Shown here piece after piece: positions 26,928-37,137 of a DNA stretch of 51,682 bases. This DNA is from Nitrospiraceae bacterium. GTDB lineage: Bacteria > Nitrospirota > Nitrospiria > Nitrospirales > Nitrospiraceae. The stretch spans positions 1 to 51,682 of the forward strand of contig JAHFES010000004.1 in assembly GCA_023248355.1 (NCBI GenBank), in the 5' to 3' direction. Within the stretch, counting starts at the first letter, position 1; each line of letters starts with the position of its first letter. Under the pieces are notes generated by a model. The model did no database searches and was not told the DNA's origin. It saw nothing but the letters and a program-made list of their open reading frames with translations. Both the position numbers and the translations under genes were made by a program.

Positions 26928-28343
26928 CTATCCTTTCCCGTCGGCCTTGGCGCGATCCATATCTGGGGTCCACCCCCCACCAAGCGCCTTGTAAAGCTGG
27001 ACGACCGACACGAGATGAAGTCGGCGGGAACCGGTCATCGCCAATTCAGCCTCAAACAAATTACGGCGCGACACCAGCACATCCAGATAATTGGCGAGTC
27101 CGCCCTTATAGCGCAATTCGGCGAGGCGCAGCGCGGATTGCAACGCGTTGACTTGAGCCTGTTGGGCCTCATTCTGCGCACGAGCGGTTCGCACCGCAAC
27201 TAGCGCATCATCCACTTCGCGAAACGCCGTAAGCACCGTCTGTTCATACTGCGCCACCGCTTGCTTCGCTTGCGCCTCCGCAGCTTCTTGTTGGAAGCCC
27301 AACACTTGACCGTTCAACAACGGACCGGCCAGTCCTGCTCCGGCCACCGCATACGAGGCCGGATCGGTAAAGAGCTTGGACAGCTGAGGACTGGCCACAC
27401 CGAGCAGACCCGTCAGACTGATTTTCGGAAACCGGTCGGCCTTGGCCATTCCGATGCGGGCCGTGGCAGCGACCAGTTGCTGCTCCGCTTGGAGCAGATC
27501 CGGTCGGCGCTGTAGGAGGCCCGAGGGAAGACCCGCCGGAACCGCGGGAGGCACGAGTTGCTCATAGAGCGGCTTCCCCCGGGGAATAGCCTGAGGCCGC
27601 CGCCCTAGCAACACACTGAGCTGGTTCTCCGCCTGCACCATCTGTCGTTCCAATTCTGCAGCACGAGCCGCGGCATTCGCGCGCTCGGCTTCAAACTGAT
27701 CCGTATCCAAACGCGAGGTCATTCCCTGCTTCAAGCGAGCTTGCGCGATACGAACGGATTCCTCCCACGATTGCAGTGTCCGTTTGGCGATATCCAGCTG
27801 AGTATCGAACTGTAGGAGATTGAAGTACGCTTCGCCGACACCGCTCACGAGTTGCAGCACCACCGCGCGGCGATTTTCTTCCTTGGACAATAGATCGGCC
27901 CGCGCGGCCTCGTTCGATCGGCGGATGCGTCCCCAGATATCCAGCTCCCACGAGAGCGTGCCCTGGAGATAGTAATTGAAGGGGTTGGCAAACCCGGGAA
28001 ACAGAAAGATGGTCTTCCGCCCAAACGACGGCGCATTGCCGGAAGCGGTGAGCCCCGGAAGATAGTCCGACTTTGCGATCAAGGCACGCGCTTGAAATTC
28101 CTCGACCGTGGCCACCGCACGCTGAAGATCTTTGTTCTCCGCCAAGGCGATACGGATAAGCTGCTGAAGCTGTTCATCGCGCAGCAGTTCCCACCAAGGC
28201 AGATTGGCCAGTGAGGGCATATCCGGAGCGCCCTCCGTCATGCGGAAGCGATCCCCCGTATCGATCTTGGGACGCTCGTAATCCGGTCCCATCGTGCAGG
28301 AGAGCAGAACGAACGAGAGCCCGACGGCGAGTACCACCCGCAT
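26928..28343 (-). CDS. RND efflux outer membrane lipoprotein (NodT/OprM family)
   Basis: Lipobox LLSC; SWELDIWGRIRR, LLQRRPDL, AFREVDDAL, LYKALGGGW. Confidence 0.95.
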   Translation of the reverse strand: MRVVLAVGLSFVLLSCTMGPDYERPKIDTGDRFRMTEGAPDMPSLANLPWWELLRDEQLQQLIRIALAENKDLQRAVATVEEFQARALIAKSDYLPGLTASGNAPSFGRKTIFLFPGFANPFNYYLQGTLSWELDIWGRIRRSNEAARADLLSKEENRRAVVLQLVSGVGEAYFNLLQFDTQLDIAKRTLQSWEESVRIAQARLKQGMTSRLDTDQFEAERANAAARAAELERQMVQAENQLSVLLGRRPQAIPRGKPLYEQLVPPAVPAGLPSGLLQRRPDLLQAEQQLVAATARIGMAKADRFPKISLTGLLGVASPQLSKLFTDPASYAVAGAGLAGPLLNGQVLGFQQEAAEAQAKQAVAQYEQTVLTAFREVDDALVAVRTARAQNEAQQAQVNALQSALRLAELRYKGGLANYLDVLVSRRNLFEAELAMTGSRRLHLVSVVQLYKALGGGWTPDMDRAKADGKG

Positions 28344-28344
28344 A

Positions 28345-31300
28345 CTAGCGTTCCTCCTCTAAGGGGCTGTGCATCGGTGCCAGCTCGGTCTGTTGCGCGA
28401 CAGGTCTGTGCCGCCCCTGAGTCAGCCGACGAATGACCACATAGAACAGCGGCACGAAAAAGATGGCGAGGAAGGTCGCCGCCAGCATCCCGCCCATGAC
28501 ACCGGTCCCGATCGACTGACGGCTTGAAGCCCCAGCCCCTGTGGCAACGACCAACGGGACCATGCCGAAAATGAATGCCATCGACGTCATGATGATTGGA
28601 CGAAACCGCAAGCGCGCGGCTTCGATCGCCGCTTCGATGAGCGGGCGTCCCGTTTCATAGCGCGTGTTCGCGAACTCCACGATCAGAATGGCATTCTTGG
28701 CTGAGAGACCGATCAAAGTCACCAGGCCGATCTGAAAGTAGATGTCGTTCTCGAACCCTCGCATCCAGACGGCAGTGAGCGCACCGAAGATCGCAAAGGG
28801 CACGGCCAAGATCACCGCGAACGGGACCACCCAACTCTCGAACTGTGCGGCCAGCACCAGAAAGACCATGAGCAACCCGACCGCGAAGACCTGGCCGGAC
28901 TGGCCGCCGACCCGCCGCTCCTGAAAGGAAATATTACTCCAGTCGATCGAATAGCCTTGCGGGAGCAGAATCTCCTTCGCAACCCGATCAAGCGCTTCGA
29001 GCGCCTGCCCCGAGCTATAGCCGGGGGTGGCCGCTCCCAACACCAGCGCGGTGTTGTATCCATTGAAGTGATTGACGGGATCCGGTCCACTCTGGAATTC
29101 CGGTGTCACGACGGTATCGAGCGTAATCATGTTGGTGCCCTGGGCGTTCTGGGCTCGCACATAGATCTTCGAAAGATCCTGAGGAGTGGACCGGTATTCC
29201 GCTTCAGCCTCCGTCTGCACGTGATACACGCGACCGAGTTTCACAAAATCGTTAATGTAGAAATTGCCGAAGTAGGCCTGCAACGTATCAAAGATGTCAG
29301 ATATCGGTATCCCCAGCGCCTTCGCCCGCTCCCGGTTCACATGGACAAACAACCGCGGCGAGGAGACGCGGAAATTGGTCCCCACACGGCCGATCGCCGG
29401 TTCCTTCTGCACCCGCTCGACGAATTGCTGCGCGACCGCCGCAAACTTTTTGAAGTCTCCACCGCTCGGATCTTGAAGTTGTGCAGAGAATCCCCCAACC
29501 GCGCCCACGCCACGAATCGCCGGCGCATTGAACGCCAACAGCAGCGCCTCTGGAATTTTTGCGAACTCGCCATAGGCCGCACCCACGAGCGCCTTCGCAT
29601 GGGACTGCGGCTCCTTGCGCTCGTCCCAGAGTACCAGTGGCACGAACATCGTCGCCGAGTTCGGCCCTCTGGTGCCGAATACGAAGTTCTGGCCGGACAA
29701 GGCGTCGGTTGAATGGACCGCCGGATTCGCTTGAAAATACCGTTCAACCCGTTCGAGTACCGCATCGGTCCGCTGCTTCGAAGCGCCGTCCGGCAACTGT
29801 GCCACCACGATGAAATAGCCCTGATCCTCTTCTGGCAAGAAACTCTTGGGGAGCCCCTGGAAGAGACCCAGCGACACCACGAGGAGACCACCGAACGCCA
29901 GCATCACCGCCACCGGCCTGGCCACGAGCCTGCTCACTGAATTGGTATAGCCTCGCTGCGTTCTGCCGAAGAGTCGATCGAACAGGGTCCAGAACCCGCG
30001 GCGCGCCCCATGCTGGGGAGTGAGCACCAACGCGCAGAGCGCCGGGCTGAGGGTGAGCGCCACAAAACCGGAGACGGTGACCGAGATGGCAATCGTCGCG
30101 GCAAACTGTTTATAGAGCGCGCCGGTAATCCCGCCCACGAACCCGACGGGCACGAAGACCGACACGAGCACCAGCACAATCGCGATGATCGGCGACGTCA
30201 CTTCACTCATCGCGCGCTTCGCCGCCTCTTTGGCAGAGATGCGATCTTCGCGCATATGGCGCTCGACATTTTCCACGACCACGATGGCGTCGTCGACGAC
30301 GATCCCGATAGCCAACACCATCCCAAACAGCGTGATGGTGTTGATCGAGAACCCTAATGCGTAGAGCCCGATGAACGTGCCGATCAGCGAGACCGGCACG
30401 GCGACCGCGGGAATGATGGTAGCGCGCCAGCTTTGGAGAAACACATACACCACAAGGACGACCAGGACCATGGCTTCTGCCAAGGTTTTGACCACCTCCT
30501 TGATTGAGACTTCGATGAAACGCGTCGTGTCGTAGGGAATGTCATACGACACACCGGGTGGAAAGTTTTTGGTCAACTCATCCATCTGCGCCCGCGTGCG
30601 GCGCACGGTATCGAGCGCATTCGCCCCGGGGGACAAGAACGTGAGAATGAAGGTCGTCGGCTTGCTGTTCCAGCGGCCCTCCAGTGCATATGACTGCGCG
30701 CCCAACTCGATGCGCGCCACGTCCTTGAGCCGAACCATGGAGCCGTCCGGCAGGGCACGGACAATCAGCTCCTCGAAGTCCTTCACATTGGTGAGCCGGC
30801 CCTTCGCAATGATCGGGATGGTCAACTCGGTGCCCTTTGGCGCCGGTTCCCGCCCAATGGTCCCGGATGGGAAATCCCGATTCTGTTCGCGGATGATCGC
30901 GGCGATATCGGTCGGCATCAGGCCCAGCTTCGCCATGTGCAACGGATTCAGGATGATCCGCATGCTGTAATTTTGTTGTCCAAATACCAGCGCATCCCCA
31001 ATGCCTTTGACACGCTTCAGGTCATCGATCACTCGAAGCGTCGCATAGTTCGAGAGAAAGATGGCGTCGTGTCGGGGATCGGTCGACTTCAGCACAATGA
31101 CCGCGACGAGGTCTGGAGACACCTTCTTTACGGACACACCTTGCCGGATGACTTCTGTCGGCAACTGCGGCTCCGCGAGCTTTTCACGGTTCTGGGTTTG
31201 GACTTGGGCAATGTCTGGATCGGTCCCGATCTCAAACGTCAGCTTGATCGTCACGTGCCCATCGTTACTGCTCGTGGAGTCGAAATAGAGCAGATTGTCG

Positions 31301-31518
31301 ATGCCGGGCAGGGTCACTTCAATCGGGCGCGCAACCGACTCCGCAGCGACTTCCGCACTGGCGCCCGGATAGTCGGCGTCGATCTGCACGACCGGCGGTG
31401 TAATTTCTGGGAACTGGGCGACCGGCAAAAATTGCAACGCGAGCAGGCCCATCACGACAATGATGATGGAGACCACCGACGCGAGAATCGGCCGGTCGAT
31501 GAACACGTGCGAGGTCAC
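28345..31518 (-). CDS. RND efflux permease (HAE1/AcrB family)
   Basis: FIDRPI, LPVAQFPEITPP, VVDDAIVVVENVER, GLSAKNAILIVEF, RFRPIIMTS. Confidence 0.97.
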   Translation of the reverse strand: MTSHVFIDRPILASVVSIIIVVMGLLALQFLPVAQFPEITPPVVQIDADYPGASAEVAAESVARPIEVTLPGIDNLLYFDSTSSNDGHVTIKLTFEIGTDPDIAQVQTQNREKLAEPQLPTEVIRQGVSVKKVSPDLVAVIVLKSTDPRHDAIFLSNYATLRVIDDLKRVKGIGDALVFGQQNYSMRIILNPLHMAKLGLMPTDIAAIIREQNRDFPSGTIGREPAPKGTELTIPIIAKGRLTNVKDFEELIVRALPDGSMVRLKDVARIELGAQSYALEGRWNSKPTTFILTFLSPGANALDTVRRTRAQMDELTKNFPPGVSYDIPYDTTRFIEVSIKEVVKTLAEAMVLVVLVVYVFLQSWRATIIPAVAVPVSLIGTFIGLYALGFSINTITLFGMVLAIGIVVDDAIVVVENVERHMREDRISAKEAAKRAMSEVTSPIIAIVLVLVSVFVPVGFVGGITGALYKQFAATIAISVTVSGFVALTLSPALCALVLTPQHGARRGFWTLFDRLFGRTQRGYTNSVSRLVARPVAVMLAFGGLLVVSLGLFQGLPKSFLPEEDQGYFIVVAQLPDGASKQRTDAVLERVERYFQANPAVHSTDALSGQNFVFGTRGPNSATMFVPLVLWDERKEPQSHAKALVGAAYGEFAKIPEALLLAFNAPAIRGVGAVGGFSAQLQDPSGGDFKKFAAVAQQFVERVQKEPAIGRVGTNFRVSSPRLFVHVNRERAKALGIPISDIFDTLQAYFGNFYINDFVKLGRVYHVQTEAEAEYRSTPQDLSKIYVRAQNAQGTNMITLDTVVTPEFQSGPDPVNHFNGYNTALVLGAATPGYSSGQALEALDRVAKEILLPQGYSIDWSNISFQERRVGGQSGQVFAVGLLMVFLVLAAQFESWVVPFAVILAVPFAIFGALTAVWMRGFENDIYFQIGLVTLIGLSAKNAILIVEFANTRYETGRPLIEAAIEAARLRFRPIIMTSMAFIFGMVPLVVATGAGASSRQSIGTGVMGGMLAATFLAIFFVPLFYVVIRRLTQGRHRPVAQQTELAPMHSPLEEER

Positions 31519-31521
31519 GAG

Positions 31522-32712
31522 TTATCCTTGCTTAGGGGTGGGAGGAGCAGGATCCGTCGGTGGCGTACCCGTCGCGCTCCACGGCACGGCCTTCACCGGC
31601 GCACCGGGGCCGATCTTCATCAGTCCGTTCACGACCACACGTTCGCCGGCCTTCAAGCCCGAATCGATGAGCCACTGATCGCCCAGCCAGATCGACGCGT
31701 CTACCGGCCGGATCTCGATCCGTTCTTCCGGGCCCACGACGTAGACGAACGGCCCTTGCGGACCTTGCAACACGGCCCGTTGAGGAATCAGGACCGCGTT
31801 CGGCTTCGCATCGCCTTTGAACTTCACCTTCACAAACTGGCCGGGCAACAGTGTCCGCGTCGGATTTTGAATCGTCATTCGGACCACGCGCGATCCCGTT
31901 TCGCTTCGCAGTCCCGGCTCCATGAGATCCAACACCCCTTCCTGCGGATAGGCCGTGCCATCCATAAGCGTCACCGCACCGCGCATCTGGTACACGCCCG
32001 GATGGGTGATCTTTTTCGTTTCGATATCGTGGCGCCGCTTGAGAATGAAGGTCTCCGGCACGCTGACCACAATGTACATCGGATCAACACGGTGGACGAC
32101 GGTCAACAGATCCGTTTGCGCCGACACGAGGCGGCCTTCGTAGTGGCGGCTGCGTTCGATCAATCCGTCAATAGGGGCCGTGATGAGCGTGTTATCCAGA
32201 TCAAACTGGGCCTTGATCAAATCTGCTTTGGCGCCTTGGACGGCAGCTTTCGCCGACAGGTCTTCGGCAATCGCATCGTCCACATCTTTTTGGCTCACGG
32301 CCTGTTCGGCAAGAAGAGGCTTCACACGCGCCAGGTCCTGTCTAGCCTGGACCACTTTGGCCTCGGCCTGTGCAATCTTGGCTTTCGCACTGGCGGCGAC
32401 GGCTTGGAAGGGGACCGGATCGATTTGGTAGAGGCGATCCCCTTTCTTGACGTCGCGACCCTCTGCATATAGGAGAGCCTTCAACAGTCCAGTGACTTGC
32501 GAACGGATCTCAACCGGACGCGACGCCTCGGCTTGACCGATGAATTCCGGTTCGTCCGGAACCGTCTGCGTGGTGACGGTAATGATCTCGACTTGCGCAA
32601 GCTGCTGGGCCGGCGCCGAGCCGGCTTCCTGCTTGCAACCCACTGCAAGCGCGAGTGAAGCCCCCGCGAGGGCCATGCAAACATATCGATATGGCTTGAG
32701 CATGTTGATCAC
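31522..32712 (-). CDS. RND periplasmic adaptor (AcrA family)
   Basis: Lipobox AVGC; VEIRSQVTG, LYQIDP, ITAPIDG, LLPGQFV, GLKAGERVVV. Confidence 0.95.
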   Translation of the reverse strand: MINMLKPYRYVCMALAGASLALAVGCKQEAGSAPAQQLAQVEIITVTTQTVPDEPEFIGQAEASRPVEIRSQVTGLLKALLYAEGRDVKKGDRLYQIDPVPFQAVAASAKAKIAQAEAKVVQARQDLARVKPLLAEQAVSQKDVDDAIAEDLSAKAAVQGAKADLIKAQFDLDNTLITAPIDGLIERSRHYEGRLVSAQTDLLTVVHRVDPMYIVVSVPETFILKRRHDIETKKITHPGVYQMRGAVTLMDGTAYPQEGVLDLMEPGLRSETGSRVVRMTIQNPTRTLLPGQFVKVKFKGDAKPNAVLIPQRAVLQGPQGPFVYVVGPEERIEIRPVDASIWLGDQWLIDSGLKAGERVVVNGLMKIGPGAPVKAVPWSATGTPPTDPAPPTPKQG

Positions 32713-32795
32713 AACTGTAATCCTAAGAAATAGGCCTCAAGTCAGTCTACCTCTTTGCTCCGGTCTTTCTCTACACCAGATCCGTGGGGGAGAAC

Positions 32796-33242
32796 TTACA
32801 GCACCAACGGTTTGATCGGTGACAACACGGTTCCTGGTTGGTTCTTCCAGAGCGACTCGTCTGCATCCACATAGAGTTCCACTTCGTTGCCGTCTGGATC
32901 CTGAAGATAGAGGCTCTGACTCACCGTATGGTCGCTCATGCCGTCGATCGTCACGCCGGCCTGTTCCAATTCTTTCTTCGCCGCGCGCAACTCGTCGAGG
33001 CTGTCTCCAACCTTGATCCCGATATGATAGAGCCCCCGACGCCTTCCTGATGGAGGACCCGGCGCATCGCCGACTTGGATCAACAACAGCTCGTGATGTG
33101 TGCGACCGGACGAGAGGGCTGCCGCCGCACCATTAAAGATCCGCCCGACCTCGTGGAATCCCAACAGATCCCGATAGAACGACAGCGATCGCTCGAGATC
33201 TTTCACATAGAACACGACATGGCCGAGATAATGCGCTTTCAT
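32796..33242 (-). CDS. VOC/glyoxalase family protein (catechol dioxygenase-like)
   Basis: LGHVVFYVKDLERS..FY, HHEL, GLYHIG, DHTVSQSLYLQDPDGNEVELY. Confidence 0.9.
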   Translation of the reverse strand: MKAHYLGHVVFYVKDLERSLSFYRDLLGFHEVGRIFNGAAAALSSGRTHHELLLIQVGDAPGPPSGRRRGLYHIGIKVGDSLDELRAAKKELEQAGVTIDGMSDHTVSQSLYLQDPDGNEVELYVDADESLWKNQPGTVLSPIKPLVL

Positions 33243-33246
33243 GTTT

Positions 33247-33657
33247 TCACCTCCCAAACTTGATCCCGGCCTTTTGCACTTCCTGATAGGGGAGAAGCCA
33301 GACCAGCGACTCGTCGGACAGGTCGCCGACCTGAATCCGATTACCCCAGGGATCGCGGAAGTCGCAGCGGAATCCCGGACGCAACTTCAGTTTGTATTTC
33401 TTGATGAGCTTCTTCCGTACTTCTTTTATCTGTTTCGCATCCCGGACCATGAGGCCAAAATGCTTCACTCGGTCCGGCTGAAGCTTCTCCACCTCGAAGA
33501 TGGCCATGAACTGATGCTCGCCGAGCTTGCACCATGCGGCGCCTTCTCCTCCCCGGAGCATTTTCAAGCCGAAGACATCCGAATAGAACTTCACGGCCTT
33601 CTTGGCATCCGTGACTTCGATCACCACATGATTGCATCCATAGACCTGCACGGCCAT
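33247..33657 (-). CDS. VOC/glyoxalase family protein
   Basis: NHVVIEVTD, FYSDVFGL, HFGLMV, FRDPWGNRIQ. Confidence 0.88.
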   Translation of the reverse strand: MAVQVYGCNHVVIEVTDAKKAVKFYSDVFGLKMLRGGEGAAWCKLGEHQFMAIFEVEKLQPDRVKHFGLMVRDAKQIKEVRKKLIKKYKLKLRPGFRCDFRDPWGNRIQVGDLSDESLVWLLPYQEVQKAGIKFGR

Positions 33658-33669
33658 CTCAGTTCCTCC

Positions 33670-33876
33670 TCATCGCGTAACGTGTTCGATCGCGGAGACG
33701 AAGGTCTCCACCGGCTGCGCTTCCGACATACCGGTTTTCCCGTTCAACACGAAGTAAGGGATACCTCTGATCCCCAGCTGATGTCCGCGCACCTCTTCCA
33801 GCCGACGCTTCCCGACATAGCACCACGGGCACACGACGTCCGAATAAATATCGATACGGAGTCCCTGTTCGCTCAT
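33670..33876 (-). pseudogene. FrnE/DsbA-family oxidoreductase with large in-frame internal deletion
   Basis: IDIYSDVVCPWCYVGKRRLE joined directly to C-terminal GIRGIPYFVLNGK...SEAQP; only 68 aa. Confidence 0.75.
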
Positions 33877-34769
33877 GACAAATGCCCCATCTTGCCAACC
33901 TGGTAGTCCTGTACGGCCTGGATCAGTTCGGCCTTCGTATTCATGACAAACGGGCCATGGCGGGCGATCGGTTCATCGATTGGCGCGCCGCTCATAACTA
34001 AGATTCGACTGTCTGCTTGCGCGTCGATCGTGACCTGCGAGCCATTCCGCTCGCACACGATGAGTTCTGCTTCACCAGCCTCGCGTGAACCGTTCACGGA
34101 CGCACGACCCTGCAAAACAAAGATCGAGGTGTTGTCCCCCTCGGGCAACGTCAACGATGCGCGCTTTCCCACCTTCAACTGAAGGTCGTACAGTTGAATC
34201 GTCGTAACGGTGCGAGCAGGACCCTTGCGGCCGAGAAACGATCCGGCGATCACCCGCAACCGACCGGCCCCGCCATCGAGATCAATGGCCGGAATGGTCG
34301 CGTTGAGAATGGCCTGATACCCCGGCGCCGACATTTTCGATGCACGCGGCAGATTCACCCACAATTGAATCGCGTGCAACGTCCCGCCCTTCTTGGCAAA
34401 CTCCTTTTCGTGAAACTCCTCGTGGACGATGCCGGAGGCCGCGGTCATCCATTGCACGTCGCCGGGACCGATGACACCAGAGTTTCCAGCTGAGTCCCGA
34501 TGCGCCACGACGCCTTCATACACGATCGTGACGGTTTCAAACCCGCGATGGGGATGCTCGCCCACGCCGCGAGGATGCTCTGTCGGTGAGAAGTACTGCG
34601 GCCCCGCGTAGTCGAGCATGAGGAACGGACTTACCTGGCGATCGAGGTCGTTGCTCGGAAAGAGATTCCGGACCGGGAATCCGTCTCCGACCATATGGGT
34701 CGAGCCTGGCTGATAGATCCCTAAGACATCCTTTGTCGATGCGGTCGCGATTGTCGTATGATGGTTCAT
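33873..34769 (-). CDS. pirin family protein
   Basis: SPFLMLDY, HPHRGFETVT, DVQWMTAASGIVHEE, QLWVNLP, GPFVMNT; ATG 34769 with SD AAGGAG. Confidence 0.95.
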   Translation of the reverse strand: MNHHTTIATASTKDVLGIYQPGSTHMVGDGFPVRNLFPSNDLDRQVSPFLMLDYAGPQYFSPTEHPRGVGEHPHRGFETVTIVYEGVVAHRDSAGNSGVIGPGDVQWMTAASGIVHEEFHEKEFAKKGGTLHAIQLWVNLPRASKMSAPGYQAILNATIPAIDLDGGAGRLRVIAGSFLGRKGPARTVTTIQLYDLQLKVGKRASLTLPEGDNTSIFVLQGRASVNGSREAGEAELIVCERNGSQVTIDAQADSRILVMSGAPIDEPIARHGPFVMNTKAELIQAVQDYQVGKMGHLS

Positions 34770-34834
34770 CGTGTTCTCCTTCCGTTCGTCACAGACTCGT
34801 GTCGCGAACGTTGAGCTTACAATCGTTTCTCCTT

Positions 34835-35284
34835 TTATCTTTCGACCTTCTCCGCAATGAGTCGATCCACCGACCATTTCCCGGCGCCCGTCATCAACAG
34901 CGCGAGGCCGAGGCCGATCACCAAGAGATGATACTCGTAACCTTCACCCTGTTGCTTGCCGAACCAGTTCATGAAGAATCCGTGGGAAATGTGAGTCGTC
35001 ACGATGGCGCCGGCCATAATGACGGCCAGGCTGGCCGCTGAAAAGCGGGTGAGAAAACCGACCAGCAGCACGAGACTCCCGAAGAATTCACCAATGATGA
35101 CCAGAAAGGCAATGATCCAGGGCAAGTGCATCATGTCCGTGAAGAATCCCATCGTGCCGCTGAACCCAAACCCCCCATACCAGCCCAACAGTTTCTGCGC
35201 GCCGTGCGGAAACATCACGAGTCCCAACGTCAGTCGAAGTATCAGGCCTGGCCAACTGTCATCCGTTTTGAACAATGCTTTCAT
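34835..35284 (-). CDS. DoxX family membrane protein
   Basis: LRLTLG.VMFPHGAQKLLGW.GG.G, GEGYEYHLL, GAGKWSVD; SD GGAGGTG. Confidence 0.93.
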   Translation of the reverse strand: MKALFKTDDSWPGLILRLTLGLVMFPHGAQKLLGWYGGFGFSGTMGFFTDMMHLPWIIAFLVIIGEFFGSLVLLVGFLTRFSAASLAVIMAGAIVTTHISHGFFMNWFGKQQGEGYEYHLLVIGLGLALLMTGAGKWSVDRLIAEKVER

Positions 35285-35327
35285 ACGGCACCTCCACTTG
35301 TAAGATCACCGCACCATGACCGCCTGC

Positions 35328-35356
35328 AAGATAGTTCTAGTTAGAACTAAAGTCAA
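35328..35356 (-). promoter_or_regulatory. sigma70 promoter with 8-2-8 operator palindrome
   Basis: TTGACT (35356-35351), 17 bp, TATCTT (35333-35328); TAGTTCTA-GT-TAGAACTA at 35332-35349. Confidence 0.72.
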
Positions 35357-35530
35357 GTGTCAAAATATGTAGCAGCGGTTACCGCGTGCTTTCGCTGTAT
35401 AAACAGAGAGTTGGTGTTACCCGGGGAGGCCGAACTAGACGCCACCAATCACTGCGCCCGTCGAACGGGGCCCTACCGCAAGCAGAATGGGAGTAAGGAT
35501 GAGGGAGATCGGCGACAGGACCCGACGGCT

Positions 35531-35998
35531 TTACTTTCGTTCTTTGATCGCTCGTTCGACTTCGCGGCCGGCTTCACGGGTTTTGATCGTTTCGCGCCGG
35601 TCGTACAGTTTCTTGCCCTTGGCAAGGCCGAGCTCGACCTTCGCCTGGCCGCGCTTGGAGAAGTAGATGCGGAGGGGAATGAGGGTGAGGCCTTTGAGCT
35701 GTGTCTTGCCGATGAGTTTGTTGATCTCTTTCTTATGCAGGAGCAGCTTGCGCACCCTGATTGGATCATGGTTCATCATGTTGCCGTGACTGTAAGGACT
35801 GATGTGGCAATGGTGGAGGAAGACTTCCCCGTCTCGAACTGCGGCATAGCTGTCTTGTAAGTTCACCCGTCCATGCCGCAGGGATTTCACTTCTGTCCCC
35901 AGCAGCACGATGCCGGCTTCGAACTTCTCTTCGATGAAATAGTCGTGGTACGCCTTGCGGTTGGTGACCACAACGGTGTCGGTGTCTTCCTTGCTCAT
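35531..35998 (-). CDS. smpB: SsrA-binding protein
   Basis: [45 protein letters not shown]. Confidence 0.98.
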   Translation of the reverse strand: MSKEDTDTVVVTNRKAYHDYFIEEKFEAGIVLLGTEVKSLRHGRVNLQDSYAAVRDGEVFLHHCHISPYSHGNMMNHDPIRVRKLLLHKKEINKLIGKTQLKGLTLIPLRIYFSKRGQAKVELGLAKGKKLYDRRETIKTREAGREVERAIKERK

Positions 35999-36055
35999 CT
36001 CACTCCCATATCTCGGTGTCTTGACCCCCCAACAGCCGGAGCCTAAGATGCCGCG

Positions 36056-36529
36056 ATGGCAACACGGAGTCCGCTCGATTCTTTAGGAACAATCCTGTCC
36101 GGATTGGCGAAACGTCTTGGCTTGGAACCCAGGCTCCTTGAGCTCCGCCTCCAGCATCAGTGGCGGGAGATGATCGGTGAGCCCATTGCCTCCCACACCT
36201 GGCCGGACCAGATTCGATTCAAAAAATTGTATCTCGTGGTGCGAAACTCCGTGTGGCTCCAGCAACTGACCTTCCTAAAACCGACCCTCCTGGCAAAAAT
36301 CAATGCGGAAGCCGGGACGGAACTGGTCACCGAAATCGTCTTGCGCGTGGGCGAAATTCCTGCGCCCGACCGATCAGCTCACTCTACCACTCAGACCCCA
36401 GCTCACCCAGTGGTCAGCGAAGCCGCGTTGACAGAAGCTTCGGCTCATGCGGCGGTCGTGCAAGACCCCGATCTCCGAACTCGTTTGACCCAGATCATGG
36501 CCGAAGCATTATCCCGAACTACACGCTAA
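36056..36529 (+). CDS. dciA: DUF721/DciA family protein (putative helicase loader)
   Basis: [31 protein letters not shown]; next to the gyrase/dna cluster. Confidence 0.8.
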   Translation: MATRSPLDSLGTILSGLAKRLGLEPRLLELRLQHQWREMIGEPIASHTWPDQIRFKKLYLVVRNSVWLQQLTFLKPTLLAKINAEAGTELVTEIVLRVGEIPAPDRSAHSTTQTPAHPVVSEAALTEASAHAAVVQDPDLRTRLTQIMAEALSRTTR

Positions 36530-37095
36530 GGCTTCGTCGTGACCGCCTCTTTAAACAACTGTCGCGAGTAGGCGGCCGTCGCGGCAGAGTCCGGACCGTC
36601 GACCAGCGGACCGATGCGCCCCTCTTCTTCCGACTCCGTCAGTTGGTAGAACCCCCGCAGGGCCCTCCGGAACCCGTCACGAACCTCTCGATCCTCTCCC
36701 ACCAAGTACTTGTGGAGCATCTCTGCCTCCGCCCAAGCGTCGTGGGCAAAGATATAGATGGTAATACGCCGGTACCGACGACGTGTGTCTTCGGGCGTCG
36801 TCGGCCTGATCTTCATAGGCCCGAAGTTCCCCGTCTCCTGACCGACTTTTCGAAATCGCTCAATCAACGTTTCGATTTCCGTGTCGCTGGTCCAGGCCGG
36901 TACATGGACCGACACAGCCGTCCCTTCCTGTGACCCGATGCTATATGGTGGGATCGATCGGTCCGGCCGACTGAGATACATCCCGCCCCAGATCAAGCCG
37001 AATGATCCAAACAGAACCATCAACGCCAGCTTGACGACGATATCAAGCGGCTTCTTCTTGGCAGAAACTGACGCCTGGGAGATTGGGTCGTCCAT
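36526..37095 (-). CDS. hypothetical protein with N-terminal membrane anchor
   Basis: Single hydrophobic helix LALMVLFGSFGLIWGGMYL; co-oriented downstream of gyrA. Confidence 0.75.
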   Translation of the reverse strand: MDDPISQASVSAKKKPLDIVVKLALMVLFGSFGLIWGGMYLSRPDRSIPPYSIGSQEGTAVSVHVPAWTSDTEIETLIERFRKVGQETGNFGPMKIRPTTPEDTRRRYRRITIYIFAHDAWAEAEMLHKYLVGEDREVRDGFRRALRGFYQLTESEEEGRIGPLVDGPDSAATAAYSRQLFKEAVTTKP

Positions 37096-37137
37096 GGGCG
37101 GGAAAAGAAGGAATAGAAGATTGGATCATCTCGGTCG

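Noticed and set aside
30937-32472. Long + strand ORFs (511 aa here; also 37420-38733, 14768-15547, 16303-17214)
   Set aside because: Antisense shadows of well-supported GC-rich genes, with no motifs of their own.
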